Source: a virus. Taken from it: DNA of 64,000 nt. Under the pieces are notes generated by a model. The model had not been told where the DNA came from and searched no databases. It saw nothing but the letters and a program-made list of their open reading frames with translations. Shown here in pieces: positions 52,781 through 61,280 of the stretch. The DNA lies in the IMG/VR virus record IMGVR_UViG_3300025732_000024, positions 1-64,000 of that record. One strand, written 5' to 3'. The translations under genes and the position numbers were made by a program. Every line of letters starts with the position of its first letter. Position 1 is the first letter of the stretch.

Positions 52781-52903
52781 TTGTGGCAGAATCGCACCGT
52801 TAAAAAGCGCGGTAGACCTGCCACAGGTCAAGGTGAATCAAGGTATATTCCTCTTGAATTGTTACCCGCCGTAGATAATCTCCTAGAGGAATACAGAAAG
52901 TAA
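52781..52903 (+). CDS. 40-aa RHH-like regulator (Aca-like; not in the ORF track)
   Basis: TTG start; KKRGRPATGQGESRYIPLELLPAVDNLL; ends at a terminator. Confidence 0.5.
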   Translation: MWQNRTVKKRGRPATGQGESRYIPLELLPAVDNLLEEYRK

Positions 52904-52992
52904 AAGAAATCCCTAGTCAATGGCTGGGGATTTTTATTTTGAAAATATTTTATTTCGCTATTGACATTATAGAGAAATTATTCTATAGTGTA
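52903..52992 (+). promoter_or_regulatory. Terminator plus promoter module, copy 1
   Basis: TCCCTAGTC-aat-GGCTGGGGA-TTTTT, then TTGACA-17 nt-TATAGT. Confidence 0.8.
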
Positions 52993-53017
52993 AGAAGTTG
53001 AAGAAACAAAGGCAATT

Positions 53018-53569
53018 ATGGAAGCTATCAAAATTTGGCACGCAGCCGAAGGGATGAGTCTTTCACCAACAGGTTTTAGGTTGGCTGACTCAGATGAGTT
53101 GGTGAAAGATGCTATTTATGGGGCCGTTTGCCCTGGCGATATTTTAGAGTTAGGCGATGGTAAGTTTGTTGTCGAAAAAGACAGGAGTTTATCCTGTCAG
53201 ACAAAACGTTTTAACTTTGTCTTTAAGCATTGTTTCCTCGAAGATCCACTAAAATGGATGGATCATATACTGGAAGGAATAGGTTTAAAGAAAGAAAAGA
53301 TTGTCAAAAGCTACGGAGCTATGGCAAATCTCCAAAGTCACGAATGGAACAATCGTGACGGCGAAAATTGCGATTTAATTGCAGTTAACAGCCGAAGATG
53401 GGATAAAAACATTCCCGTTTATGGTTTCACCTACAAAGATGAGGACGGTGAAAGTATGGACGATTGGATTTTAAAAGAATTTATACCTGCTTGCAAAAAG
53501 CTGATGTCGCAAGCAGGAGAAGTGAACATAACTTATTTTGAAAATGAAACTGGTTGGTGGATTGAATGA
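53018..53569 (+). CDS. Hypothetical protein
   Basis: First gene after the promoter. Confidence 0.7.
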   Translation: MEAIKIWHAAEGMSLSPTGFRLADSDELVKDAIYGAVCPGDILELGDGKFVVEKDRSLSCQTKRFNFVFKHCFLEDPLKWMDHILEGIGLKKEKIVKSYGAMANLQSHEWNNRDGENCDLIAVNSRRWDKNIPVYGFTYKDEDGESMDDWILKEFIPACKKLMSQAGEVNITYFENETGWWIE

Positions 53570-54015
53570 ATCTTTCTCAAATCCTCCACAAAATCTTGAG
53601 CAACTACAAAAGCATCTATGATGCTGCTCAGGAAATCTCGCTGCAAACAGGCGAGAAGCTTGACACAGTACACCACCGATTGTCCAAGTGGTGTAAAAAA
53701 GACCCTGAAACATGGGTCAAAATCAACCAAGCTTTAAACCTGCTTGGCTATGAAATTCAAATCAAAAAGCAAGGCAACATGAAAGCAAAAGCAATGTTAA
53801 CTTCCAAGACACTGGCAGGGTCTGGTGGACTTGTCTCTGTAATCTATGAGGTCGTAGATTACGACGAAAGAGAGAATGCTATTTACGGCATCATTGATAC
53901 CAATTTCAGGGGCATTGCCCTTGTAATTGAAGAAACTCCAGCCTCAAGAAAGGTTGAGGTTTACGCGACAGAATTACCTGTGCTTTCTCTTTTGAGAGAG
54001 TACGTGGACTTTTAA
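53566..54015 (+). CDS. HTH-domain protein
   Basis: SIYDAAQEIS...TVHHRLSKW...LNLLGYEIQI pattern of XRE-like HTH domains. Confidence 0.55.
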   Translation: MNLSQILHKILSNYKSIYDAAQEISLQTGEKLDTVHHRLSKWCKKDPETWVKINQALNLLGYEIQIKKQGNMKAKAMLTSKTLAGSGGLVSVIYEVVDYDERENAIYGIIDTNFRGIALVIEETPASRKVEVYATELPVLSLLREYVDF

Positions 54016-54075
54016 GTATTTGCGGAACTCCTTAGTTCCGCGAATACCCTGTCCAATAACTGGAGATTTTTAAAC

Positions 54076-54483
54076 ATGATTATTGACTTTGGTAAATACA
54101 AAGGAAAAAATATTGGGGAAGTCCCCACTCAATATCTCGCATGGGGCGCAGTTTACCTCTCCAATCGATGGAGAGATGTTTTTGAACAGGAATACGACTC
54201 TCGGTTACATTCGAGATTGTATAGGTTTCAGGTGTTTTTAAACACCACAGAACCTGAAGAATGCCTGTCCCTTCCACAGGACTTACTGCGCTCTCTACGC
54301 CTCTACAAGAGGTTCTGGGGAAACAAGAAGATAGCTTACATAGAGAATGATGGTGATTTCATCATTCTTCCACAAGAACTGGATGAGCGGCAAAAAGATA
54401 CACTTGACTTTTACTTAAAAAGTACAAGTACCATGATGGAATATTGTTGTGAACTTAATCACAACAATTACCGACAGTTCTAA
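54076..54483 (+). CDS. Protein with N-terminal FGKYKG (DUF3820/ExoX C-terminal-like) domain
   Basis: FGKYKGK.I.EVP.QYL.W. Confidence 0.65.
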   Translation: MIIDFGKYKGKNIGEVPTQYLAWGAVYLSNRWRDVFEQEYDSRLHSRLYRFQVFLNTTEPEECLSLPQDLLRSLRLYKRFWGNKKIAYIENDGDFIILPQELDERQKDTLDFYLKSTSTMMEYCCELNHNNYRQF

Positions 54484-54488
54484 AAAAA

Positions 54489-54580
54489 AAGAAACCCCTG
54501 GTCAACGACTGGGGATTTTTTATTTTAAAAATATTTTATTTTACTAGTTGACATTGTAGAGAAATTATTCTATAGTGTTA
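54489..54580 (+). promoter_or_regulatory. Terminator plus promoter module, copy 2 (promoter of ribozyme operon 2)
   Basis: Near-identical to 52903-52992; TTGACA at 54548, TATAGT at 54571. Confidence 0.8.
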
Positions 54581-54607
54581 AACATGAGACAAAAGGAGAT
54601 AAAGAGT

Positions 54608-55024
54608 ATGACTTTTGTAAAACCAGTAATTGCAAATAAAACAGTTAAAAAATACGATAAGGTTCTCTTTGGAAGCGGTTCAAGCCGCCCCTACAGTCCA
54701 TATACCCTACTTAGTGACGTAACTGTCACTACAAAAGATACAAGGTCTACAGGAAGTGTGAGCTTCCATATTTCTGGCACGTTGCCAGATGGTAGAACAA
54801 TACAAACAGAAGGATTTTTGTACAAGAAAGGGCGCAGTCCTTGGAAGTTCAGCGGTGCTGGTCTAGCACCATTGGAATATTCCGGTGGTATGTTAAGTCA
54901 CTGCCAGGATGCAGTGCATTTTATGTTTGACCCTGGAGAATGGGATAGGTCTTATCGCTACAAATTCCCTGAAACGCTTGTAACGGATACATGGTCTGCC
55001 AAGCAGACGTGGCAAGAATGGTAA
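54608..55024 (+). CDS. Hypothetical protein (first gene of ribozyme operon 2)
   Basis: AAGGAG Shine-Dalgarno; stop codon abuts HH4. Confidence 0.7.
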   Translation: MTFVKPVIANKTVKKYDKVLFGSGSSRPYSPYTLLSDVTVTTKDTRSTGSVSFHISGTLPDGRTIQTEGFLYKKGRSPWKFSGAGLAPLEYSGGMLSHCQDAVHFMFDPGEWDRSYRYKFPETLVTDTWSAKQTWQEW

Positions 55025-55088
55025 GCCGAAACGGGAGCAATCCCGTCCGCACAGGATGACAACCTGCGCGCTGATGAGGCAAGTTAAC
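55025..55088 (+). ncRNA. Hammerhead ribozyme type II (HH4), predicted cleavage after C55047 (GUC)
   Basis: Open stem II GCC/GGC; GAAA; stem III CGGGA-gcaa-TCCCG; TC; stem I CGCACAGG/CCTGCGCG; CTGATGA. Loop I TGAC can pair with downstream GTTA. Confidence 0.9.
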
Positions 55089-55100
55089 AAAGGAGCAGGT

Positions 55101-55676
55101 ATGCGTACAATAGAATTAGCTAAAAAATTGAATTTAAAAGAAAACCAAGCAATCACTTGGTTGTCATTACCGGAATGGAAGCCTTATTTCAGGGTTAGCT
55201 TTGAGGAGAAATTAACTTCTTCATTGAGAAAGGAGATTAGCAAAAGGCTGTGGAAATATCATAGAGTTAGAAATCCCGTTAAGTTCAAGAAAATCCAAGG
55301 GGGGTTCCTTGGGACGGTAAACAATTTAATAGTTGAGGTGAATTTCTATGCTTATTACAAACCAAGCATAGAAGTCACGACAAAATACCCTTATTCAAAG
55401 GAAACAGAAACTGTTCCTGATGTCTGGATGCCTCAAGAATATTATCTACCAACCATTGACATTAGGGAATTTAATCCGACGGATTACTCTGATGTGGCGC
55501 ACCCGCTACACGAGTGGTTTGAACTAGGGGCATCGTTGGGGTATGGGGACGGGTTTTGGAATAGAGACCCTGATGAACCCCTTAATGATACTCCTGAATT
55601 CCCTACTAGGGAAGCTGAAACAGCTTACCGTGGAGGATATGAAAGAGGATTCACCAACGGGGTAATGGATGAATAA
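55101..55676 (+). CDS. Hypothetical protein between HH4 and HH5
   Basis: AAGGAG Shine-Dalgarno before ATG 55101; basic N-terminal half, acidic C-terminal half. Confidence 0.7.
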   Translation: MRTIELAKKLNLKENQAITWLSLPEWKPYFRVSFEEKLTSSLRKEISKRLWKYHRVRNPVKFKKIQGGFLGTVNNLIVEVNFYAYYKPSIEVTTKYPYSKETETVPDVWMPQEYYLPTIDIREFNPTDYSDVAHPLHEWFELGASLGYGDGFWNRDPDEPLNDTPEFPTREAETAYRGGYERGFTNGVMDE

Positions 55677-55738
55677 CCCACCTGATGAGTCCGGCTGGCG
55701 ACCGGACGAAACACTCCGATGAGTGTCGTGGGCAGCCG
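55677..55738 (+). ncRNA. Hammerhead ribozyme type I (HH5), predicted cleavage after C55727
   Basis: Matches HH1 apart from loop III (CGAT) and one base in the 3' tail. Confidence 0.95.
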
Positions 55739-55759
55739 TATAATTACACTGGAGAATTT

Positions 55760-56059
55760 ATGATTTATTCTGTTGGTTTTGATGAACAGGAATTGAGCAA
55801 GGTCAGCCTAGAAGCTAACAAACTCTTGTCCGGACAAGAACTTGTTTATGACAAAAAATTAATAACGTTCACCTCTTTTTCATCCTATGAAGGGGAGGAA
55901 GAGTGTGACAGAGAAGAGACCGACATCCTCTCTGGAGATACGGTGATTGTGTCCTGGTGGACTCCCTTTGCCTACATCGAAAGGATGAGGCAGGACAAAA
56001 TAAAAGTCATTGTTCTGGAAACAGAACACGGAGGTATTATCAGGGTAATTTCATCTTAG
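55760..56059 (+). CDS. Ribozyme-led acidic protein, paralog C
   Basis: GGAG Shine-Dalgarno, ATG 55760; MIYS...QEL, GD.VI and KV..LETE shared with paralogs A and B. Confidence 0.7.
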   Translation: MIYSVGFDEQELSKVSLEANKLLSGQELVYDKKLITFTSFSSYEGEEECDREETDILSGDTVIVSWWTPFAYIERMRQDKIKVIVLETEHGGIIRVISS

Positions 56060-56060
56060 T

Positions 56061-56122
56061 CCCACCTGATGAGTCCGGCTGGCAACCGGACGAAACACTC
56101 CGATGAGTGTCGTGGGCAGCCG
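56061..56122 (+). ncRNA. Hammerhead ribozyme type I (HH6), predicted cleavage after C56111
   Basis: Differs from HH5 only in loop II (CTGGCAA). Confidence 0.95.
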
Positions 56123-56144
56123 TATAATTACACTGGATAAACTG

Positions 56145-56176
56145 AAAAAACCCGTCAGAAATGACGGGTTTTTTAT
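56145..56176 (+). terminator. Rho-independent terminator of operon 2
   Basis: AAAAAACCCGTCA-gaaa-TGACGGGTTTTTT. Confidence 0.85.
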
Positions 56177-56489
56177 TGCCCATTCTCCAATAGTTCCGCT
56201 AAAGTCTCCAGAAGCCACACCAAATCCTCTCTAGGCATCCATCCCAGCTTGTTAAATCTGTCCAGAATTTGCCGGAATCGCTCCTGTTTGTCGTCCATGA
56301 TTGAATTGTACCGTTCGTGTGTCCCTACCTCAAACAATTATATATAAATAATTGTAGAGATAAATTTAATCCAATTAGCAAACCAATCGGCATAGTCCAT
56401 TAATTGTGCAATCAATTTTAGGCATAAATAAACCCGCTAAAACTGTATTAATTTTAGCGGGTTTTAGTTATTGGTGCAATTCAAAAAGG

Positions 56490-57005
56490 TCACGCTATTC
56501 TCAAAAAAGTATCTAGCGTTTTTGGCGGCACGGGTAAGTGGGATGAGAACTCCAGATTGTATTTTTTTGCCCATCGCCTCAAGGTTTTAATAGTGGGAGA
56601 TTTGCCAATTTGACGACACAACCACGCAGGAACTTCCGAACCTTTGATGCCCTCAATGGCAATTCCGTCGCCCAATGCTTTATCAAGTTCCGTCTTCAAT
56701 ACCGGACTTGAATTTAACCGCTTAACAATTTGAGGTAAAGTCACCCCTGTGTTGCACCCTACTGGTCTTTTAGTTCCGTTTTCTCTCTTCTGCTCAAAGC
56801 GGATATATGCCAGCATCATCAGCCATTGACAATGAGTTTTGCTGATAATCGGCTCTTCTCCTTTCTTTAATTTACGAAAGTCGGGAACTTGACAAATCTG
56901 CTTGTATTTCCGCCAAGTGCGATCGCTTATCGGGTCATTGTAAATATGAGCGCAAGCAGCCCACACCCAGCGTTCCGGATATCCTTGGGGTTCATTATTT
57001 TTCAT
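56490..57005 (-). CDS. Putative DNA-binding protein (two MerR/HTH-like units)
   Basis: PISDRTWRKY and PTIKTLRRW motifs. Confidence 0.5.
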   Translation of the reverse strand: MKNNEPQGYPERWVWAACAHIYNDPISDRTWRKYKQICQVPDFRKLKKGEEPIISKTHCQWLMMLAYIRFEQKRENGTKRPVGCNTGVTLPQIVKRLNSSPVLKTELDKALGDGIAIEGIKGSEVPAWLCRQIGKSPTIKTLRRWAKKYNLEFSSHLPVPPKTLDTFLRIA

Positions 57006-57507
57006 TTCTCCACTCCTTCGCATTAATAAAATTAATATTGGCCGCTACTGCCGCTTGTCTGTCCTCTTCCCTATCTCCCACCATCAAATACTCGTGTCCA
57101 GGATACAAACTAATCCCAAAATTCAACATTCCTGGATTAGGTTTTCTAAAGTTGCCAAAATCTTCCCAGCGATTTGATAGTAGTGGACTCTGTCCGACTT
57201 CCCTGGCAAATTTAGATAGTCGGTAAAAAGTTTCACCTCCATCGGTGCAGAAGAAAATCATTAACATCTTAGGGATTAAATCAAGGGTGATTTTCTGTTC
57301 TGTAAAACAATCTTCAAGGGACTTAAACCCTGCTTTCACGCCACCTTGATTGGTGACACCAATGATTTTGTAATCGTGATAGCGAGCGATCGCATCTTCA
57401 ACTCCAGGAATCATCTCCTGGTCATAGGGGTCATTGATGAACGTCGCCCCTGACTTACTGCGGCGCACCGTTCCGTCCAAATCCAAAAACAATACTTTAC
57501 TGCTCAT
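56995..57507 (-). CDS. HAD-IIIA phosphatase (polynucleotide 3'-phosphatase/GmhB-like)
   Basis: DLDGT, TNQGGV, RKPNPGM, MVGDREED. Confidence 0.88.
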   Translation of the reverse strand: MSSKVLFLDLDGTVRRSKSGATFINDPYDQEMIPGVEDAIARYHDYKIIGVTNQGGVKAGFKSLEDCFTEQKITLDLIPKMLMIFFCTDGGETFYRLSKFAREVGQSPLLSNRWEDFGNFRKPNPGMLNFGISLYPGHEYLMVGDREEDRQAAVAANINFINAKEWRNEK

Positions 57508-57883
57508 TTTGCTTTTCTAGGTTTAGCCGTTTTTTCCTACCGCGATTCTTGTAATGTCCAAATTCCTTTATCTGAATTCGCTCTTCCGTTACTCCAAACT
57601 CTAACGCTTTCTCCCGCTCATGCGTCCTAACGCTATCCTGTTCTTGTCGCCACAAAGCCGCTACAGCCATTTGCAGTCCGGTTGTGACATCTACTCCGTA
57701 GCAGGCAATGACTCTTAAAAATTTACGCTTAGATTCCGCCGGAACTTTACCCCGGATTTCTCGCATAGCATCGCCTACTACGGGCTTGCCGTCAATCATC
57801 CCTCGGTCAGGATGATTGCTGATATCTTCTTCTAGTTCTTGTTTAGTCTGTGGTTTCCGTCGTTCGGTCATGATATTCATCAA
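57497..57883 (-). CDS. Hypothetical protein (possible RHH)
   Basis: IRGKVP.E.K..F pattern; overlaps the next gene. Confidence 0.5.
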   Translation of the reverse strand: MMNIMTERRKPQTKQELEEDISNHPDRGMIDGKPVVGDAMREIRGKVPAESKRKFLRVIACYGVDVTTGLQMAVAALWRQEQDSVRTHEREKALEFGVTEERIQIKEFGHYKNRGRKKRLNLEKQNEQ

Positions 57884-58009
57884 AGTTATTTTCTACTATT
57901 AGCACACTATTAGCGGAAAATGATATGCTATAAAAAAATAGTCCCTATTTTGCTGAAACCAAAATAGGGACACACCCCACTAGCCGTTACCTAATGGAGT
58001 ACCCCAATC

Positions 58010-58243
58010 ATGGCACAAACCACAACAAGAATCCAAGAAATTGCAGACAAATTAATGAAAGATGGGCGCATATACCCTGGAGAATACGGGTATATATCAA
58101 GATGTATTCAGGCGATTTATTACCAGCTAGAGAAATTTTATAATGGCACTGGTGTTGAACCACCTAGTAGAAAAACTATAGAAAAATGGTTTGAAAGAGA
58201 TTGTCCTGATTGGGCGATCGCTATTTTAAATAAAGCAATTTAA
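58010..58243 (+). CDS. Hypothetical protein (HTH-like)
   Basis: PSRKTIEKW...PDW; GGAG Shine-Dalgarno. Confidence 0.55.
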   Translation: MAQTTTRIQEIADKLMKDGRIYPGEYGYISRCIQAIYYQLEKFYNGTGVEPPSRKTIEKWFERDCPDWAIAILNKAI

Positions 58244-58517
58244 AACAGATAACCTACATTTGTCGGTAAACCTATAGCCACCCCACAAGGGTGGTTTTAT
58301 ATTGGTGACATAACCCAGACATGACCCAGACATCACAAATTTACCACCATGGAAAAAACCAAAACTCGCGCATATTTTGAAGCACTGGTAAAGGACGGCG
58401 TTTCGTCTCAAACAGCAAGACAAGCAGCATCAACCATGAGATGCGATGACTACTTTGAAAAACGGACAGAGCGAGGCTCTAACAAAGTATTAGACGCGTG
58501 GGAAGAAAGTATGTTAA

Positions 58518-58793
58518 ATGCCAAATAGAAAGCAGATTGCCCAAGAAGTCGGTGTAGGAGAAAGACAACTGCAAAGATACATAAAACTAGCATCCCAATA
58601 TTTAGATATGTTTGCATCTTTTAGGGATAAAACCACCAATAATCTGATTGGGATGCCAGTTGAAAATGATGAGCAGATTCAAATATTAAAAGCAATAAGG
58701 ACGCTAATTTTAAAATACAAAAACACCAAAAACGGAGCGGAAATTATTGCAACAGAGCTACAGAAAATCAACAAAGGAGACAGCAATGTTTAA
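58518..58793 (+). CDS. HTH DNA-binding protein
   Basis: RKQIAQEVGVGERQLQRYI. Confidence 0.7.
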   Translation: MPNRKQIAQEVGVGERQLQRYIKLASQYLDMFASFRDKTTNNLIGMPVENDEQIQILKAIRTLILKYKNTKNGAEIIATELQKINKGDSNV

Positions 58794-59037
58794 ATCTAAA
58801 ATCACAGCATCAATCATCATTATCCTTGCCTTAGCAATGCCAGCCATATCCTACGCAGCAGCCAAATACATACCATCAGCACAGGTTCAAGCCAATGGAA
58901 AACACTGAAATTTTAATTGTAATCAGGCAACATGAACCAGACGGAAGTTACAAAGAATGGACGGCACAACCAGGGTTATCAGCCTTTAGTGCAGCCGCCA
59001 AAAAACAAATCAAGAAACTATTGGGAGTAGGCAAATT

Positions 59038-59571
59038 ATGACAGTGGCAGATTTAGTTAAAAGCTTCATGAACTCGGAAATGTCAGTAGACAACGTTTGG
59101 GAAAAAACCCAAGCAATATGCGCTATCTATGGCATTGATCCAAACACATTAGATGAAGCAAACGCCCAATTTATAGCAGGTGAAATTGATAAAGAAAATG
59201 CCAGTTTAGCCGTTAGTGGTAATGGCGGCGGACTGACTGTAACTGAAGACAACGGAAAGAAAAAGAAGAAAAATACACCAGTAGCTACCAATAATTCACA
59301 GCAAGCGCAAACCCTAAAACCTGCGGTAATTGGACTAAGAAATGCTATTGAATCCGAAGTAGCGGGCTTGTCTAATGCCTTCGATTCAGAGTTTACCAAG
59401 CACGAGAAAAACGCAGCCCAAAAAATCACACAGAGAGCCAAACAATTTGCTCCCAATGTAGTCAATTACGTAGCCGAAGAACTGGAGGGCTACAAAGCAG
59501 ATTCAGAAATCTTTCACGGACAAATTACAGGAATCATCGAAGAGGCTTTTAGCGGTTTCCTCGACGATTAG
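59038..59571 (+). CDS. Hypothetical helical protein
   Basis: ORF in the module upstream of the FtsK-like ATPase. Confidence 0.65.
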   Translation: MTVADLVKSFMNSEMSVDNVWEKTQAICAIYGIDPNTLDEANAQFIAGEIDKENASLAVSGNGGGLTVTEDNGKKKKKNTPVATNNSQQAQTLKPAVIGLRNAIESEVAGLSNAFDSEFTKHEKNAAQKITQRAKQFAPNVVNYVAEELEGYKADSEIFHGQITGIIEEAFSGFLDD

Positions 59572-59636
59572 ACCATCTAATTGGATGATTGCAGCCGCAA
59601 TTATTCAGTCAATCGCACTAATAGGAGTTCTCGTTT

Positions 59637-60008
59637 ATGCAGCATCGCAACCTCCCCGACCCGTGGGAGGAGACAACCACCCAAACACCCAAGAACCCCA
59701 TAGAATTTACCGTGAAACCGACTGGTGAATTTACATTTAAAGGGTCACCTAATCCCGATTTAGTCAGGCAATTAATAGTCTCTAGCGACTATCATCAAGA
59801 CCAATACCGTCGCCACAAATCTGAAACAGAGCAACGCATTGATAGTCAAGCACAGATGACTAATTATTTAACAATCGGATTCTTGGGGACATCTATTTTA
59901 GTATTAGCAGCGTGTCTAATACTGTCAGCAAACAAAGGTCAAAATCAACAAAATCAAGGAAATATTAATTATGATGGACAATTTATTCGGGGGACTAGTT
60001 GCAGGTAA
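59637..60008 (+). CDS. Single-pass membrane protein
   Basis: Hydrophobic stretch YLTIGFLGTSILVLAACLILS; AGGAG Shine-Dalgarno. Confidence 0.65.
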   Translation: MQHRNLPDPWEETTTQTPKNPIEFTVKPTGEFTFKGSPNPDLVRQLIVSSDYHQDQYRRHKSETEQRIDSQAQMTNYLTIGFLGTSILVLAACLILSANKGQNQQNQGNINYDGQFIRGTSCR

Positions 60009-60405
60009 ATCCAGTAAATTAACTGGCAGTGGGCAAAATCCAACCGCTATCGGCAACTTAGGAAACTCAATGGCACGGGTAAAAGACAAGATGCAGCTAC
60101 CCGTCGAAATATCAGCAGCAAAAGTTATTCAATTAGAACAAGAAATGGGACAAACAGCAGGCGAAATGGAATTAGCAAGTCAGATTTTTTCTGCACAAGA
60201 AAAACTCCTAAACGATGCAATCACCTTACACGGTAAAAACACTGACTGGGCAGCTATCACCATGAGAGCGGATCAGAAATTGCGAGAAATCGAATCAAAA
60301 CATCATCAGCAAATTGCCACCTATAGCCTAGGCGCAGCCAAAACCCAGGCTTACGTTGACGGATACACGGGAGCATATCAAATGAGTGCGGAGATTTTCC
60401 AATGA
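59971..60405 (+). CDS. Coiled-coil hypothetical protein
   Basis: Overlapping operon gene. Confidence 0.65.
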   Translation: MMDNLFGGLVAGKSSKLTGSGQNPTAIGNLGNSMARVKDKMQLPVEISAAKVIQLEQEMGQTAGEMELASQIFSAQEKLLNDAITLHGKNTDWAAITMRADQKLREIESKHHQQIATYSLGAAKTQAYVDGYTGAYQMSAEIFQ

Positions 60406-60902
60406 TATTCAAACGAAATTCAGAAGCAGACAACGCATTGTTTCTATTCTTTAATAAGGTCGGTTGGGTGGTGCTATTTTATAATGCGTACACCCTATAT
60501 CCATACTTTTACGACCTTTTAAAAGCAGCAGATTATTGGCAAAGAATCTTTGCTAGTGCTGTATCTGTGGCATTAATTCTAGGGATTGAATCATCTACCA
60601 TGACCGTATTGTCCGACCCTAGAGTTTTAGTGAAAGTCCTAGAAAAACCTAGAGTTGACAAAGAAATTAAACAGATTTTTGATGTCGTCAGCTTCATGGG
60701 AATTGCTAGTTTTTTATTAGTCGCATCCTATACTTTTTGGACTGATTATCAAATCAATTTAAAACAATTAGGCAACCCTAGCATGATGTTTTTAAAAATA
60801 TTATGCGGCGTGTTTGTGATTGGTGCTGAGTTAGCTTTTGGTTGTGCAAACATATTTTTAATAGCCAGCAAGGAGGCTGAATTAAATGATTCCAGACGCT
60901 AA
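60402..60902 (+). CDS. Four-TM membrane protein
   Basis: Four hydrophobic segments. Confidence 0.7.
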   Translation: MIFKRNSEADNALFLFFNKVGWVVLFYNAYTLYPYFYDLLKAADYWQRIFASAVSVALILGIESSTMTVLSDPRVLVKVLEKPRVDKEIKQIFDVVSFMGIASFLLVASYTFWTDYQINLKQLGNPSMMFLKILCGVFVIGAELAFGCANIFLIASKEAELNDSRR

Positions 60903-60979
60903 AGGTATTATTACCATCCTATTGATAGCTTTGTTTTTGGGGATGATTTTATATTTGCAATATGACATGAGGAGATGAC

Positions 60980-61279
60980 ATGAAAATCAAAATGGAGGAC
61001 TTATTTACCGTCGGTTGCCTATTTTCTGGATATGCCTTTTTCCAGTTAATGGGAATCATCATCAGAGGGTTTCCCGGTAGTCGTACTGGCGCGATCGCTC
61101 TTTCTGTACTAGGAATCCTTCTTATATTCGGTATGGGATTCAGTAACTGGTGTGGGTTGTGGTACAAGCGCGGCGGTGTCCTGAGCAAAAATCAATCCGT
61201 TGTTGGCTTTGCTCCATTTTATGTACTTGGTACATTTGCACTGGTGGCGTTAATTATTGGATTCAATGCGGGAGGCTGA
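60980..61279 (+). CDS. Three-TM membrane protein
   Basis: GAGGAG Shine-Dalgarno; hydrophobic segments. Confidence 0.7.
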   Translation: MKIKMEDLFTVGCLFSGYAFFQLMGIIIRGFPGSRTGAIALSVLGILLIFGMGFSNWCGLWYKRGGVLSKNQSVVGFAPFYVLGTFALVALIIGFNAGG

Positions 61280-61280
61280 C

